Positions 54,552 through 64,000 of a DNA stretch of 64,000 nucleotides are shown piece by piece (position 1 is the stretch's first letter; every line of letters starts with the position of its first letter). The notes under the pieces are model-generated. The model saw only the letters and a program-made list of their open reading frames with translations. It ran no database searches and was not told the origin of the DNA. Source of the stretch: a virus; IMG/VR virus record IMGVR_UViG_3300047284_000228, positions 46,787 to 110,786 of that record; one strand, given 5' to 3'. Both the position numbers and the translations under genes were made by a program.

Positions 54552-56642
54552 ATGGCATATTTGATTAATAGGTACGACGGGACAGAACTTGTAGTCTTAG
54601 AAGACGGTACATTAGATACCACTACGAGTATTGGACTGTTAGGTAGAAACTACACAGGCTACGGTGAAGTCCAAAATGAAAATTTTCTTCATCTACTAGA
54701 AAATTTCGCCAACGGTGAGCCTCCGACACGACCGTTGTCGGGCCAGGTTTGGTATGATACCTCAAATAAAACATTAAATGTCTATGATGGAAATGTGTGG
54801 GCACCGGTTGGATCTGCTGCTTTTTCAACTACAGAACCCGAGGGCTATGATGGTAGTCTATGGTATAAGACCACAACAGATCAACTATATGTTTACGACA
54901 CTGGCGTATGGAAACTCATAGGGCCCGAAGCAGTTGAAGGATTTGGCCCAACTAAAATAAGATCTAGACAGATTTTTGATACTACTGGCATCGGCCATGC
55001 TATTTTAGAAATTATCGCAGACGATCTAACAATAGCTATTGCATCTGCGGATTCTTTTACTCCCGGTGAAATAAATTTATTGCCTGGATTCCCTACTATT
55101 ACCGGCGGGTTTAATGTAACTAATTACAGAAGTTTTATTGGTAACGTTGTAGGTAATGCAAGCTCTGCTGGTAAATTAGAGCCCGGAAGAAATATTAATG
55201 GAGTTTTCTTTAATGGAGAAAACAACATCACTATCAAAGCCAGTACTACCGCTAACCTAACAGCGGGTGAGTATCTTAATGGATCTAACTTTGATGGATC
55301 ATCTGCAACAACATGGAGTGTTGATGCTACACCTAGTAATTTAATCGGAACTGTAGTAGCCAGAGACAGTGCTGGCGATTTTTCAGCAGGTACTATAACT
55401 GCTGACCTAGTAGGTAATGTTCAAGGTGATGTTGTTAGCGCGGGTACAAGTACATTCAATACAGTTGTGGCTGCTGAATTTATAGGAGCTACCTTGACAG
55501 GTAATGCCTTTACAGCGACAAAATTAGCTACTCCTAGAAATATAAATGGTGTTGCCTTTGATGGCAGTCAAAATATCACAGTTCCGGCAGCGTCAAATAC
55601 ATTAACCGGAACATCATTGGCATCAAATGTGGTAAGTTCTGCACTGACTACACTCGGAACTTTATCTTATATCAATCTAAGCGATAGCGGATCGATTAAT
55701 GTGGGAAATCCTGGCGGAACGGCTCCTTTAAAGATTTATTTAGATTCGACAACACCCACTATAAGATCTACCACAGGCACACTTAACTTAGATCTAGGAT
55801 CTTCGGGGCCCGATATTTCATTTATCAACGCTGCTACTGCTCTGTTGCAGGGAGCAGAAAACACAGCGACTCTAGTACCAAGCGGCACCGCCGTTAATCT
55901 TGGTACAGCTTCGTCCGGATTCAACAAGGTATATGCTGCTTCTTATTACGGCACAGATCTAAGAGCGGGTTCACTTTATCCTAGTACAGGTGGTTCTACA
56001 ATAACCGCTAACGGAAATTTTGTAGTTACAGGAAACTTTACAGTACAAGGAACTACTACTACAGTATCTTCAACTGAGGTAGAGATAGTTGATAAAACCT
56101 TAACCCTTGCCTATGGATCTGCAAATAGTTCGAGCGCCAATGGTGCTGGAATATTCGTTGCTGGAGCAAATGCGTCCTTTGTTTATGCGTCTTCCGGAGA
56201 CAAATGGGTGGCTAATAAGGACATAGATGTAGGTGCTAGTAGTTTTATAGGTACAGCTACATCCGCTAGATATGCAGATTTGGCAGAAAAATACCTCTCA
56301 GATGCAGAATATGAAGCAGGTACAGTTTTAGAATTCGGCGGAGATCACGAAGTTACTCTAGCAGAGGATGAAAGTCGACGAGTAGCAGGTGTAGTTTCCA
56401 GCAATCCTGCATATCTAATGAACAGCGAATTACAGGGAAAACATGTTGTAGCGATAGCCTTACAGGGTAGAGTACCCTGTAAAGTTCGTGGTACGATTCG
56501 CAAAGGAGATATGCTAGTTAGTGGCGGCGATGGCTATGCTAGACCCGCAACAGATCCCAAAATAGGCACGATCATCGGTAAATCTTTGGAAGATTTTGAC
56601 GGTATTTCGGGTACAATCGAAGTAGTAGTAGGCAGGATTTAA
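54552..56642 (+). CDS. Tail fibre protein with C-terminal intramolecular chaperone/autoprotease (peptidase G2/S74-like)
   Basis: Shared N-terminus; A.KL..PRNINGV.F repeats; ARYADLAEKY..GVVS.NPAYLMN..ALQGRVP.KV. Confidence 0.8.
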   Translation: MAYLINRYDGTELVVLEDGTLDTTTSIGLLGRNYTGYGEVQNENFLHLLENFANGEPPTRPLSGQVWYDTSNKTLNVYDGNVWAPVGSAAFSTTEPEGYDGSLWYKTTTDQLYVYDTGVWKLIGPEAVEGFGPTKIRSRQIFDTTGIGHAILEIIADDLTIAIASADSFTPGEINLLPGFPTITGGFNVTNYRSFIGNVVGNASSAGKLEPGRNINGVFFNGENNITIKASTTANLTAGEYLNGSNFDGSSATTWSVDATPSNLIGTVVARDSAGDFSAGTITADLVGNVQGDVVSAGTSTFNTVVAAEFIGATLTGNAFTATKLATPRNINGVAFDGSQNITVPAASNTLTGTSLASNVVSSALTTLGTLSYINLSDSGSINVGNPGGTAPLKIYLDSTTPTIRSTTGTLNLDLGSSGPDISFINAATALLQGAENTATLVPSGTAVNLGTASSGFNKVYAASYYGTDLRAGSLYPSTGGSTITANGNFVVTGNFTVQGTTTTVSSTEVEIVDKTLTLAYGSANSSSANGAGIFVAGANASFVYASSGDKWVANKDIDVGASSFIGTATSARYADLAEKYLSDAEYEAGTVLEFGGDHEVTLAEDESRRVAGVVSSNPAYLMNSELQGKHVVAIALQGRVPCKVRGTIRKGDMLVSGGDGYARPATDPKIGTIIGKSLEDFDGISGTIEVVVGRI

Positions 56643-56658
56643 AAGATATTATTTCCGA

Positions 56659-56664
56659 TAAATA
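56659..56664 (+). promoter_or_regulatory. Late promoter motif (GA)TAAATA
   Basis: Upstream of 56687. Confidence 0.55.
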
Positions 56665-56686
56665 ACTATTATAATGGAGTTGATCG

Positions 56687-58441
56687 ATGGCATATCAAGT
56701 AGACAGATATAATGGAACGTTTTTAGTCTCTGTAGACGACGGAACCATTGACACCACTACTGATCTACGATTTGTAGGTAAAAACTACGCCGGATACGGT
56801 GAAGTACAGAACGAAAACTTCCTACATTTATTAGAAAATTTTTCAAATACTTCTGCCCCACCTAAGTCTATAACCGGACAGGTTTGGTACGATAGCGGCA
56901 ATAAAAAACTACGTTTCTATGATGGAACTAGATTTAGAACAGCCAGCGGCGCAGAAATAGGACCCACTGCTCCCACAGGCCTTCAAATTGGAGATATGTG
57001 GTTCGACACCAGTGCAGAGCAGTTGTACACATATAACGGCACAGAATTTATCCTTATCGGACCAGAAGCAGCTCCCGATTTAGGTGCAAGTACAGTTGCT
57101 AGCCAAGTAGTTAAGGACAATGTCGGAACTAATCACACTATTGTAAAGATATTTTCCGGCGGCGAAGTGATTGGTATAGTAAGTAAAGATGCATTTACTC
57201 TAGATAGTGGTATTAATCCTATTACTGGATTTACAGTAGTTAAAAAAGGATTTAATTTAATCAATACTAACGGTAGCACCGGTGTAACCAGCACTGATCA
57301 TTATTTCTGGGGCACAGCATCTAACTCTGCAAGGCTAGGAGGATATCTAGCCAGCGACTTTGTGAGATTAGGAGAAGTTGCGTTTGAACAAGAAATATCG
57401 TTCAACGATGCGGGTTTTACTCTAGGCGATCAAAACGATATAAGATTTAGAGTAGAAAACGGCGACGAGCCAGTCATTGAAAATCGCTTGGGCAATACTA
57501 TCTCGATGAGAATACGTGTCAGCGACAGCGATCTTAGAAATGTTGCAATTTTTACATCTACAGCGATATTACCAGGAACCACTGATTTTTTTAATATAGG
57601 TAGCAGTTCTAGCAAATATGCTAATATGTATGCAACTACCTTTATCGGTAATGTCACAGGAGATCTTACAGGTAATGTCACAGGTATACACAAAGGTAAT
57701 TTAAAAGCTGCCGATGATACAGTAGCATTTAACGCTACTACTCAGACATTCATTGGTAGCTTTACAGGAACCTTAAACGGTAACGTTATTGGATCTGTAA
57801 CAGGTACCGCATCAAATGCAACTACATTAAATAGTCTAATCGGAGAATTAGGAGCAGTTGCGACATCCATCGCACTAAGAGATACTTCTGCTAATATTAC
57901 CGCTAATAGATTTATTGGAATCGCTGATAAAGCAGATAAATTAAAGATAGATGATTCAGCAGTAGATGATTCGAGTGCATATAAATCTGCAAAGACCACA
58001 GCTTCAGCAGATACGATAGCAGCCAGAGACGGTTCAGGAAATCTAACAGCTACCCTGTTTAACGGTACAGCCACAGCAGCTAGATATGCTGACTTGGCAG
58101 AGAAGTATCTACCGGATGCGGATTATGAAATTGGAACCGTGATGGTAGTAGGCGGCGAAAAAGAAGTTACTGCTAGCTCATGGGGCGATCGTGCTATTGG
58201 TGTGATCAGTGCGAATCCTGCATTTATGATGAATAAAGATTTAGAAGGCGGTGTTTACGTGGCGTTAAAGGGTCGTGTTCCGGTCAAAGTTGTCGGAGCA
58301 GTAAAGAAAGGTCAACGACTAATAGCATCTAACAATGGTTGTGCTTCTGCGGCAGTACCGCATACTAATGATGCTTTCGCTATCGCGCTTGAAAGCAGCG
58401 ACGATACATCCGTTAAATTAATTGAAGCTGTTGTATTGTAA
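56687..58441 (+). CDS. Tail fibre protein with C-terminal intramolecular chaperone/autoprotease
   Basis: Shared N-terminus; GxxT/V triple-beta repeats; ARYADLAEKY..ALKGRVPVKV. Confidence 0.8.
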   Translation: MAYQVDRYNGTFLVSVDDGTIDTTTDLRFVGKNYAGYGEVQNENFLHLLENFSNTSAPPKSITGQVWYDSGNKKLRFYDGTRFRTASGAEIGPTAPTGLQIGDMWFDTSAEQLYTYNGTEFILIGPEAAPDLGASTVASQVVKDNVGTNHTIVKIFSGGEVIGIVSKDAFTLDSGINPITGFTVVKKGFNLINTNGSTGVTSTDHYFWGTASNSARLGGYLASDFVRLGEVAFEQEISFNDAGFTLGDQNDIRFRVENGDEPVIENRLGNTISMRIRVSDSDLRNVAIFTSTAILPGTTDFFNIGSSSSKYANMYATTFIGNVTGDLTGNVTGIHKGNLKAADDTVAFNATTQTFIGSFTGTLNGNVIGSVTGTASNATTLNSLIGELGAVATSIALRDTSANITANRFIGIADKADKLKIDDSAVDDSSAYKSAKTTASADTIAARDGSGNLTATLFNGTATAARYADLAEKYLPDADYEIGTVMVVGGEKEVTASSWGDRAIGVISANPAFMMNKDLEGGVYVALKGRVPVKVVGAVKKGQRLIASNNGCASAAVPHTNDAFAIALESSDDTSVKLIEAVVL

Positions 58442-58453
58442 CAAGGATAATAT

Positions 58454-59371
58454 ATGGCAATTGGTGATTTAATTTCTGCAACAGATTATAATTCTATTAG
58501 AACTAACATAGTTAAGGTAATGAGTTCTTCCTTTTCGGGGTCTGAAGCTAGCTACGGTTACGGTCAATCGATATTCAGTTCTGCAGTAACAGTTGGAAAT
58601 CAGATTACTAAAACTCAATGGGATCAGTTGAGATATGACATTTATAATGCTCTACTTCACCAAACAGGAACAGCCCCGACATCGATGGTTACAGTACAGA
58701 CCACAGATGTTATAAGATACGGCGCAGGAAATCCAAATACACAATATAGTTCTTTGGCGTTAACAGCTCAATCCAATAGATTTGATCTCGGTGCTGGACA
58801 ATTTGTAACATCTGCACTAGGAAGCCAATCAACGTCTTCTTCCTGGTCAAGCTCTTTGTCATGCACTGTTACTGTAACTTTTTCGGATGCTGAAAAAGCA
58901 AGAAATTTTTTCAATGCTGGCGGCAAGATTAGATTTTCTAGTTCAAGAACAGGCGGAACTTCAGTAGCTCAAAATACTGCCTGGAGTAACCTTCTGTCGT
59001 CTGCAGGTGTACAGGCTTTTGGTGCCAATACCGGTGCAGTTAACTTTTACAATCTAACATCTAGTTATCAGCAGTTTTATAGTCTATCATCTAGCAGTCC
59101 ATACAGTGCTAATAGTTGGAGGTTAGAAGCCTTGTGCAACGCAGCTAATAACTCTACTGGCACAGCTAACATCATAACTTTTCGAGTTACTTGGATAGAT
59201 AATTATACTGATCCAGGCCCTGGAGGTCCAGGAGATAGCGTTGATGGTACATTATCTTTAGCAGTAGATTCTGTTAGAGCTTATGGAGTACTACAACCTA
59301 CTGGAACAGCAGGTAGTTTCTCAGTCGACGGCCCAGCATCGACTGTTATTTCTTCAATTTCCGGCAGCTAA
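58454..59371 (+). CDS. Ser/Thr-rich virion structural protein
   Basis: GD.I.A.DYN..GYGQ..W..L..D and ARNFFNAGGKI motifs; located in the fibre operon. Confidence 0.65.
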   Translation: MAIGDLISATDYNSIRTNIVKVMSSSFSGSEASYGYGQSIFSSAVTVGNQITKTQWDQLRYDIYNALLHQTGTAPTSMVTVQTTDVIRYGAGNPNTQYSSLALTAQSNRFDLGAGQFVTSALGSQSTSSSWSSSLSCTVTVTFSDAEKARNFFNAGGKIRFSSSRTGGTSVAQNTAWSNLLSSAGVQAFGANTGAVNFYNLTSSYQQFYSLSSSSPYSANSWRLEALCNAANNSTGTANIITFRVTWIDNYTDPGPGGPGDSVDGTLSLAVDSVRAYGVLQPTGTAGSFSVDGPASTVISSISGS

Positions 59372-59397
59372 ATTTTACCCACCTATATCAACCCACA

Positions 59398-59403
59398 TAA
59401 ATA
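59398..59403 (+). promoter_or_regulatory. Late promoter motif TAAATA for the glycosyltransferase operon
   Basis: Upstream of AGGAG and ATG 59429. Confidence 0.6.
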
Positions 59404-59428
59404 ATGTGCGTATTTTATAGGAGACGGT

Positions 59429-59779
59429 ATGGACGAGCGTCTAAAAAAGGCGTTAGATTTTTCCAATTATAGACAGTCGTTGTCTATACAAAGAAAAACT
59501 CTAAAAGAAAAAATTAATGCCAAATTAACCTATGGTTGTCACGGCGGTCTATTTAAGATAGATCGATCTCTAATCGTTTTTGTTCAGATGTTGATTGATC
59601 AGAATAGAACCGAAAACGTTCCTCTGATAGATCAAAACGATAATCCTATCCTAATTCCCGATCTTCTAGAATTCAGAGACGAAATACTTGATAGATATTT
59701 TACATCTACGTACGAGTATTACGAAGAATATCAAAAAATAAAGAATAGCAGAACGGTTGAAAAATTACTAGATCTATGA
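59429..59779 (+). CDS. Hypothetical protein (possible fibre-assembly chaperone)
   Basis: 116 aa; AGGAG SD; GGLF..LIDQNDNP pattern; first gene of an overlapping operon. Confidence 0.6.
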   Translation: MDERLKKALDFSNYRQSLSIQRKTLKEKINAKLTYGCHGGLFKIDRSLIVFVQMLIDQNRTENVPLIDQNDNPILIPDLLEFRDEILDRYFTSTYEYYEEYQKIKNSRTVEKLLDL

Positions 59780-60636
59780 ATAAAGGCGTATTGATTTTCG
59801 CTCATAACAATCCGAATGTAGATTATGGTTTGATGGCAATCATAGCAGGCGGATTAGCAAAAAAAAATTTAAAAGTTCCTGTGAGTTTAGTCACTGACAA
59901 ACATACACGAGCATGGATGCAAGAGTCGGGATCATTGGTCAAAGCGGAAGAAATTTTTGATAAGATCATCGAAGTAGAAAAACCCGTAACTAAAAATTTT
60001 AGAAAACTTCACGACGGTTTCGATAGTCAAAATGTTCCTTTTGAAAACTCTAACAGATATTCGGCATGGGATCTAACTCCGTACGATAAAACTCTGTTAA
60101 TTGATTCTGATTATTTAATTTTTTCAAGCAATTTAAACGAGTACTGGGACATAGATGCTCCTATCCTTATGGGGGAGACTATAAATGATGTTACCGGTGA
60201 ACGTATGGGTATATTAGATCAGCGGGTCTCCGAAACAGGAATTCATATGTTTTGGGCTACTACGGTCATGTTTGATAAAAGCCAAGAAAGCAAATTCTTT
60301 TTTCAGTTGGTAAATTTTATCAGAGACAATTATAGATATTATGCTGATCTATTTAGGTTTGATCCTAGACAGTTCAGAAACGACATAGCATTTAGTGTAG
60401 CACGTCATATCATGAGCGGATATGAAACTGATCAAATATATTCACTACCGCCTGTGCGTTCGGTCTACGATAAAGATATTTTATTATCTGTGACAGACAG
60501 TAAACTATTACATCTTATAGACAAACCTCTTGATTGCGGCAGTTTTTGGGCCGCTGTTACCAAAGACGTTGACATACACGTTATGAATAAGCAAAGTATC
60601 ATTCGAAACAAAGAAAGACTATTGGAAATTATATGA
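59776..60636 (+). CDS. Glycosyltransferase, GT-A fold (GT8-like)
   Basis: LTPYDKTLLIDSDY (DxD) and RNDIAFSVA motifs. Confidence 0.75.
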   Translation: MNKGVLIFAHNNPNVDYGLMAIIAGGLAKKNLKVPVSLVTDKHTRAWMQESGSLVKAEEIFDKIIEVEKPVTKNFRKLHDGFDSQNVPFENSNRYSAWDLTPYDKTLLIDSDYLIFSSNLNEYWDIDAPILMGETINDVTGERMGILDQRVSETGIHMFWATTVMFDKSQESKFFFQLVNFIRDNYRYYADLFRFDPRQFRNDIAFSVARHIMSGYETDQIYSLPPVRSVYDKDILLSVTDSKLLHLIDKPLDCGSFWAAVTKDVDIHVMNKQSIIRNKERLLEII

Positions 60637-61475
60637 ACTTTGGTTATTTGATAATCGTTTCAGCCCATCAAGATATTGATTATCTAAAATGTGCTTATGC
60701 TGCGGCTTTGAGTATTAAGAATACTCAGAAAGAAGGATATGACAAAGTAGCATTGGTCATAGATGATAAATCTCATCTAGAAAAAATAAAAAGTCCTTGG
60801 GTATTTGATCATGTTATTCAGTGGGACGAACAAACTTTTTGGAATGGAAGATCTTGGATGGATCAACTGTCACCGTTCGAGCATACAGTATGTATTGATG
60901 CTGATATGATTTTTCTCAGAGATTATAGCCATTGGGTAGATTATTTTATAGAAAATTGTGAATTGTATGTCTGTAATAAGTCTTTTACCTATAGGGGTGA
61001 GATAGTTACTGATGATTTTTATAGGAAGACATTTACTGCCAACGAGTTGCCTAATTTATATTCTTTTTATACATTTTTCAAGAAAGACAGCGAGCTATCT
61101 AGAGATTTTTTTGAACTAGGAAGATATATAATTTCTAATCCTTTAGAATTTAAAAATATATTCTTAGATAAATTCAAACCTAAAATAGTAGGCACTGATG
61201 AAGCATTTGCACTAGCAGCAAAAATCTTAGATATTACCAGCGATGTGTCTTATGATTTAGACTTTCCCAAAGTAGTTCATTTGAAACCGATGGTGCAGAA
61301 CTGGCCATGGTCCGCAGATCGAGTTACAGAACATGCAGGATTCTATCTTAAGCCTAACGGTGAGTTAAAAATAGGCAATTACAATCAAACAGATCTAGTT
61401 CACTATGTTGAAAAAGATTTAGTCACTGACGAAGTAATTAGTTTGTTAGAGGAGATCGCATGGAACAAGAACTGA
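60633..61475 (+). CDS. Glycosyltransferase, GT-A fold (GT8-like), paralog of the upstream gene
   Basis: LSPFEHTVCIDADM (DxD), TDEAFALA and VHY motifs. Confidence 0.75.
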   Translation: MNFGYLIIVSAHQDIDYLKCAYAAALSIKNTQKEGYDKVALVIDDKSHLEKIKSPWVFDHVIQWDEQTFWNGRSWMDQLSPFEHTVCIDADMIFLRDYSHWVDYFIENCELYVCNKSFTYRGEIVTDDFYRKTFTANELPNLYSFYTFFKKDSELSRDFFELGRYIISNPLEFKNIFLDKFKPKIVGTDEAFALAAKILDITSDVSYDLDFPKVVHLKPMVQNWPWSADRVTEHAGFYLKPNGELKIGNYNQTDLVHYVEKDLVTDEVISLLEEIAWNKN

Positions 61476-62050
61476 TGGATTTTGATGAATGGATCAAAAT
61501 ACAGGAATCTACTCCTACCGAATATTGTGCTGTGTTCAACGACGACGGCTTTGTTGTGTCAGTTATTCCTTACAAAGGTAATATTGATTTTACAGGAAAA
61601 ACAAAAATAGACGAGGACGAAGCACAACTAATCCTATCAGGTAAAGAAAGTTTATTTTCATATCGTGTTGATGTTCCTACGAAGAAATTTTATAAGTTAA
61701 GCAAATTCGCTACACACAATCTTACCAAGATCGATGATGTTCTGCATAGGATAATTGAGAAGCAATGGTCAAACATACAAGATCCAGATGTCAGTGTGAA
61801 ATATATTGAAAAAGAAAATGAATTGATTTTTTCAATAGATCCTAAGCACACAAAATTTATCTGGTCGGGCGAAACTGAAATGATATTTTTGCTAACTGGT
61901 TACAACGATCCTAATATTCTGATGCAGATGATCAGTGTTAGAATAGGCGATCTTATTGAAAATCCTAAGCATTTTAAAATAAGTCCTACTGAAAAATTCA
62001 GTGTATATACAAGAAGAATTTTTGATAACTATGTGTTTGAGAAATTATGA
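61460..62050 (+). CDS. Hypothetical protein
   Basis: 196-aa ORF with GAGGAG SD, overlapping its neighbours. Confidence 0.65.
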   Translation: MEQELMDFDEWIKIQESTPTEYCAVFNDDGFVVSVIPYKGNIDFTGKTKIDEDEAQLILSGKESLFSYRVDVPTKKFYKLSKFATHNLTKIDDVLHRIIEKQWSNIQDPDVSVKYIEKENELIFSIDPKHTKFIWSGETEMIFLLTGYNDPNILMQMISVRIGDLIENPKHFKISPTEKFSVYTRRIFDNYVFEKL

Positions 62051-62925
62051 AAGCTGTTGAATTAGACGTATTCTTTTTAAGTTACGATGAACCAAATGCT
62101 GATCTTCATTACGCAGATCTGTGTAATAAGGTTCCTTGGGCAAAACGTATCCACGGCGTTAAAGGATCCGATGCTGCTCATAAAGCCGCAGCAGAAGCAT
62201 CGGAGACCGATTGGTTGATCACTATAGATGCAGATAACATCGTAGACAGTAAATTCTTTAATTTAGAATTAGATTTTTCTGATCCTAAGATACAGGTATA
62301 CAGTTGGCTGGGTAGAAATAAACTCAACGGTCTGTTATATGGCAACGGAGGAGTTAAGATATGGAAAAAAGATTTTATTCTTAACATGAAAACTCACGAA
62401 GCCAGCGACAGCGACCGAGCTCAAGTTGATTTTTGTTGGGAAGATGGCTATGTTCAGTTTAAAGAATGTTATAGCGAAACAGTGATCACTGGCAGTCCTT
62501 TTCAAGCATGGAGGGCAGGTTTTCGTGAGGGTGTAAAGATGACATTGCTAGATGGTGTACGTATTCCAGCAGATGAAATTAAAGAGCGTATCTGGTGGCA
62601 TAATTTACATAGATTAAAAATCTGGTCCACAGTCGGCACCCACGAAGAAAACGGTAGATACGCTGTGCTTGGTGCTCGTATGGGAACATGGATGACTAAT
62701 TGTACAGATTGGAATTATGTCGATGTTCGTGATTTTGAAATATTAAAGAACATCTACGAACAAAATGTTAATCACACATTTGTAGAAGAAGATGCGCAGG
62801 ATTTGGGAATTAAGATTAGGCAACAATTAGGAATAGATTACCCCTGGCTTGATCCCGCACAGAGCAAATACACTCTTGAATTGTATGACGAAACTATAAA
62901 ATTAGCGAATACATATCTCAAATGA
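62047..62925 (+). CDS. Glycosyltransferase, GT-A fold (GT2-like)
   Basis: FLSYDEPNA, GVKGSDAAHKAAA, LITIDADN (DxD) and YGNGGVK motifs. Confidence 0.7.
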   Translation: MKAVELDVFFLSYDEPNADLHYADLCNKVPWAKRIHGVKGSDAAHKAAAEASETDWLITIDADNIVDSKFFNLELDFSDPKIQVYSWLGRNKLNGLLYGNGGVKIWKKDFILNMKTHEASDSDRAQVDFCWEDGYVQFKECYSETVITGSPFQAWRAGFREGVKMTLLDGVRIPADEIKERIWWHNLHRLKIWSTVGTHEENGRYAVLGARMGTWMTNCTDWNYVDVRDFEILKNIYEQNVNHTFVEEDAQDLGIKIRQQLGIDYPWLDPAQSKYTLELYDETIKLANTYLK

Positions 62926-64000
62926 TTTACGACATATTTTATGTAAGCAAAAGTAAAATTAATAACAACGACTGGTTACAGTTTCGTTCAAGATTTCCTT
63001 CTGCTCAGAAAATCGAAGATGTTGATTCTTTTGAAAAAATAAAAAGAAGAGCCTTTACAAAATTCTTTTGGGTAGTATGGGACGATGTAGTCGTTGCTGA
63101 CGATTTCATTTTTGATTATAGGGTAACCGAATGGGATGAAAAGTATGTTCATGTATGGTTGAACAATCGGTCATATGACGGCATTTCACTCTGTCCTAAA
63201 GATAGTAATATATCGAAAAAAGAATTCGATCATAGATTTTTCATTGAAAAGAAAGAGATATCCGTGATCGCTTCGTATCCCAAGGTGTACGACATATTCT
63301 ATATCGATACCTATGACGAATATCAACACGCACTAGCTAATTCAACCACCGAAATGTTCTGGGGTATCTGGAAAAATATTGAGATAATCAGCGATAATAT
63401 TTTTAAAACATATTTTAGTCATCATAATAATTATGATAGAAACGAAAATCATATGTTTAAGAATTTCTGCAATGATGTTGAATCGTATGTGGGCGGTGTA
63501 GTGCTTTTTTCAAAAAATAAAAAAGTTTCTAAAAAAGAAATAGACTACAGATTTCTAATCAATAAAAAAGAATACGACCTGACAGTAAGCAGATCTAGAT
63601 ATCCTAGATATGTTATCAATACATATGACGATTATTTAAAAATAACTAACACAGAAAAGCAGCCGCTATTTTGGTGTGTGTGGCCAGATATAGAAATATT
63701 AGATAGTACAATTTTTGATTTTTATTATGATCCCTTTGACGGCGAGTTTGATTATGATAGATCAGTCAATCACATATTTAAAAATATTTGTGGTCGAGAA
63801 GAATCTTATATTAGCGGTCTCGCTTTGATGTCAACAAAGAGCATTCTGTCTCGGAAAGAATTTGATCATAGATTTTTTATTAATAAAAAAGAACACGACC
63901 GTTTGGTTAGCAAGACCAAACAATTTGACAAATTTGAAATTGAAAATTATGAAGATTATCTAAATGTGCTACAGAAATCTTCAACCGAGATGTTTTGGAT
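62922..64000 (+). CDS. Protein with tandem ~100-aa degenerate GT-A-like repeats; partial, runs off the window end
   Basis: Missing from the ORF track. ATG 62922 gives MIYDIFYVS...; the unit ..FW.VW.D....F..Y....D....H.F.N....Y..G..L..K....K+E.D.RF...KKE repeats three times and a fourth begins. Confidence 0.7.
   Translation, partial: MIYDIFYVSKSKINNNDWLQFRSRFPSAQKIEDVDSFEKIKRRAFTKFFWVVWDDVVVADDFIFDYRVTEWDEKYVHVWLNNRSYDGISLCPKDSNISKKEFDHRFFIEKKEISVIASYPKVYDIFYIDTYDEYQHALANSTTEMFWGIWKNIEIISDNIFKTYFSHHNNYDRNENHMFKNFCNDVESYVGGVVLFSKNKKVSKKEIDYRFLINKKEYDLTVSRSRYPRYVINTYDDYLKITNTEKQPLFWCVWPDIEILDSTIFDFYYDPFDGEFDYDRSVNHIFKNICGREESYISGLALMSTKSILSRKEFDHRFFINKKEHDRLVSKTKQFDKFEIENYEDYLNVLQKSSTEMFW

Noticed and set aside
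50602-58441. Diversity-generating retroelement or invertible fibre cassette
   Set aside because: No reverse transcriptase or invertase, no adenine-specific TR/VR pair noticed, and the shared segments look like ordinary paralog divergence
3465-62387. Numerous 60-190-aa antisense or nested ORFs in the track (e.g. 11683..12033, 19834..20181, 27069..27443, 53863..54447)
   Set aside because: They lie opposite well-supported genes, lack SDs and reflect codon bias of Ala/Gly/Thr-rich proteins
1-64000. Stop-codon reassignment
   Set aside because: Core genes are full length and densely packed under the standard code

Overview
This 64-kb window is the virion-morphogenesis region of a large T4-superfamily myophage, probably jumbo-sized. 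It uses the standard genetic code. The left ~27 kb is mostly on the - strand and holds fibre-like structural proteins, the head module (gp23 capsid, gp22 scaffold, gp21 protease, gp20 portal), a tape measure protein with a GH19-type lytic domain, two probable internal head proteins, and a gp55-gp47-gp46 block ending in an Hc1-like gene and a stand-alone GIY-YIG nuclease. The right ~37 kb is on the + strand and holds the baseplate (gp48/54-, gp53-, hub-, gp5-, gp25-, gp6-like and a 4585-aa wedge protein), four paralogous tail fibres and a glycosyltransferase cluster. A TAAATA late-promoter motif precedes most structural transcription units. The most notable unexplained elements are: (1) a ~450-nt, apparently highly structured non-coding region directly behind the GIY-YIG gene, either a nuclease-associated ncRNA or an RNA-primed origin; (2) a compact pseudoknotted 5' leader at 4655-4764; (3) a G/GT-type -1 frameshift next to the tape measure gene; (4) a possible virion-glycosylation system. 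No tRNA, rRNA, CRISPR array or reverse transcriptase was seen. All structures were paired by eye and no searches were run.
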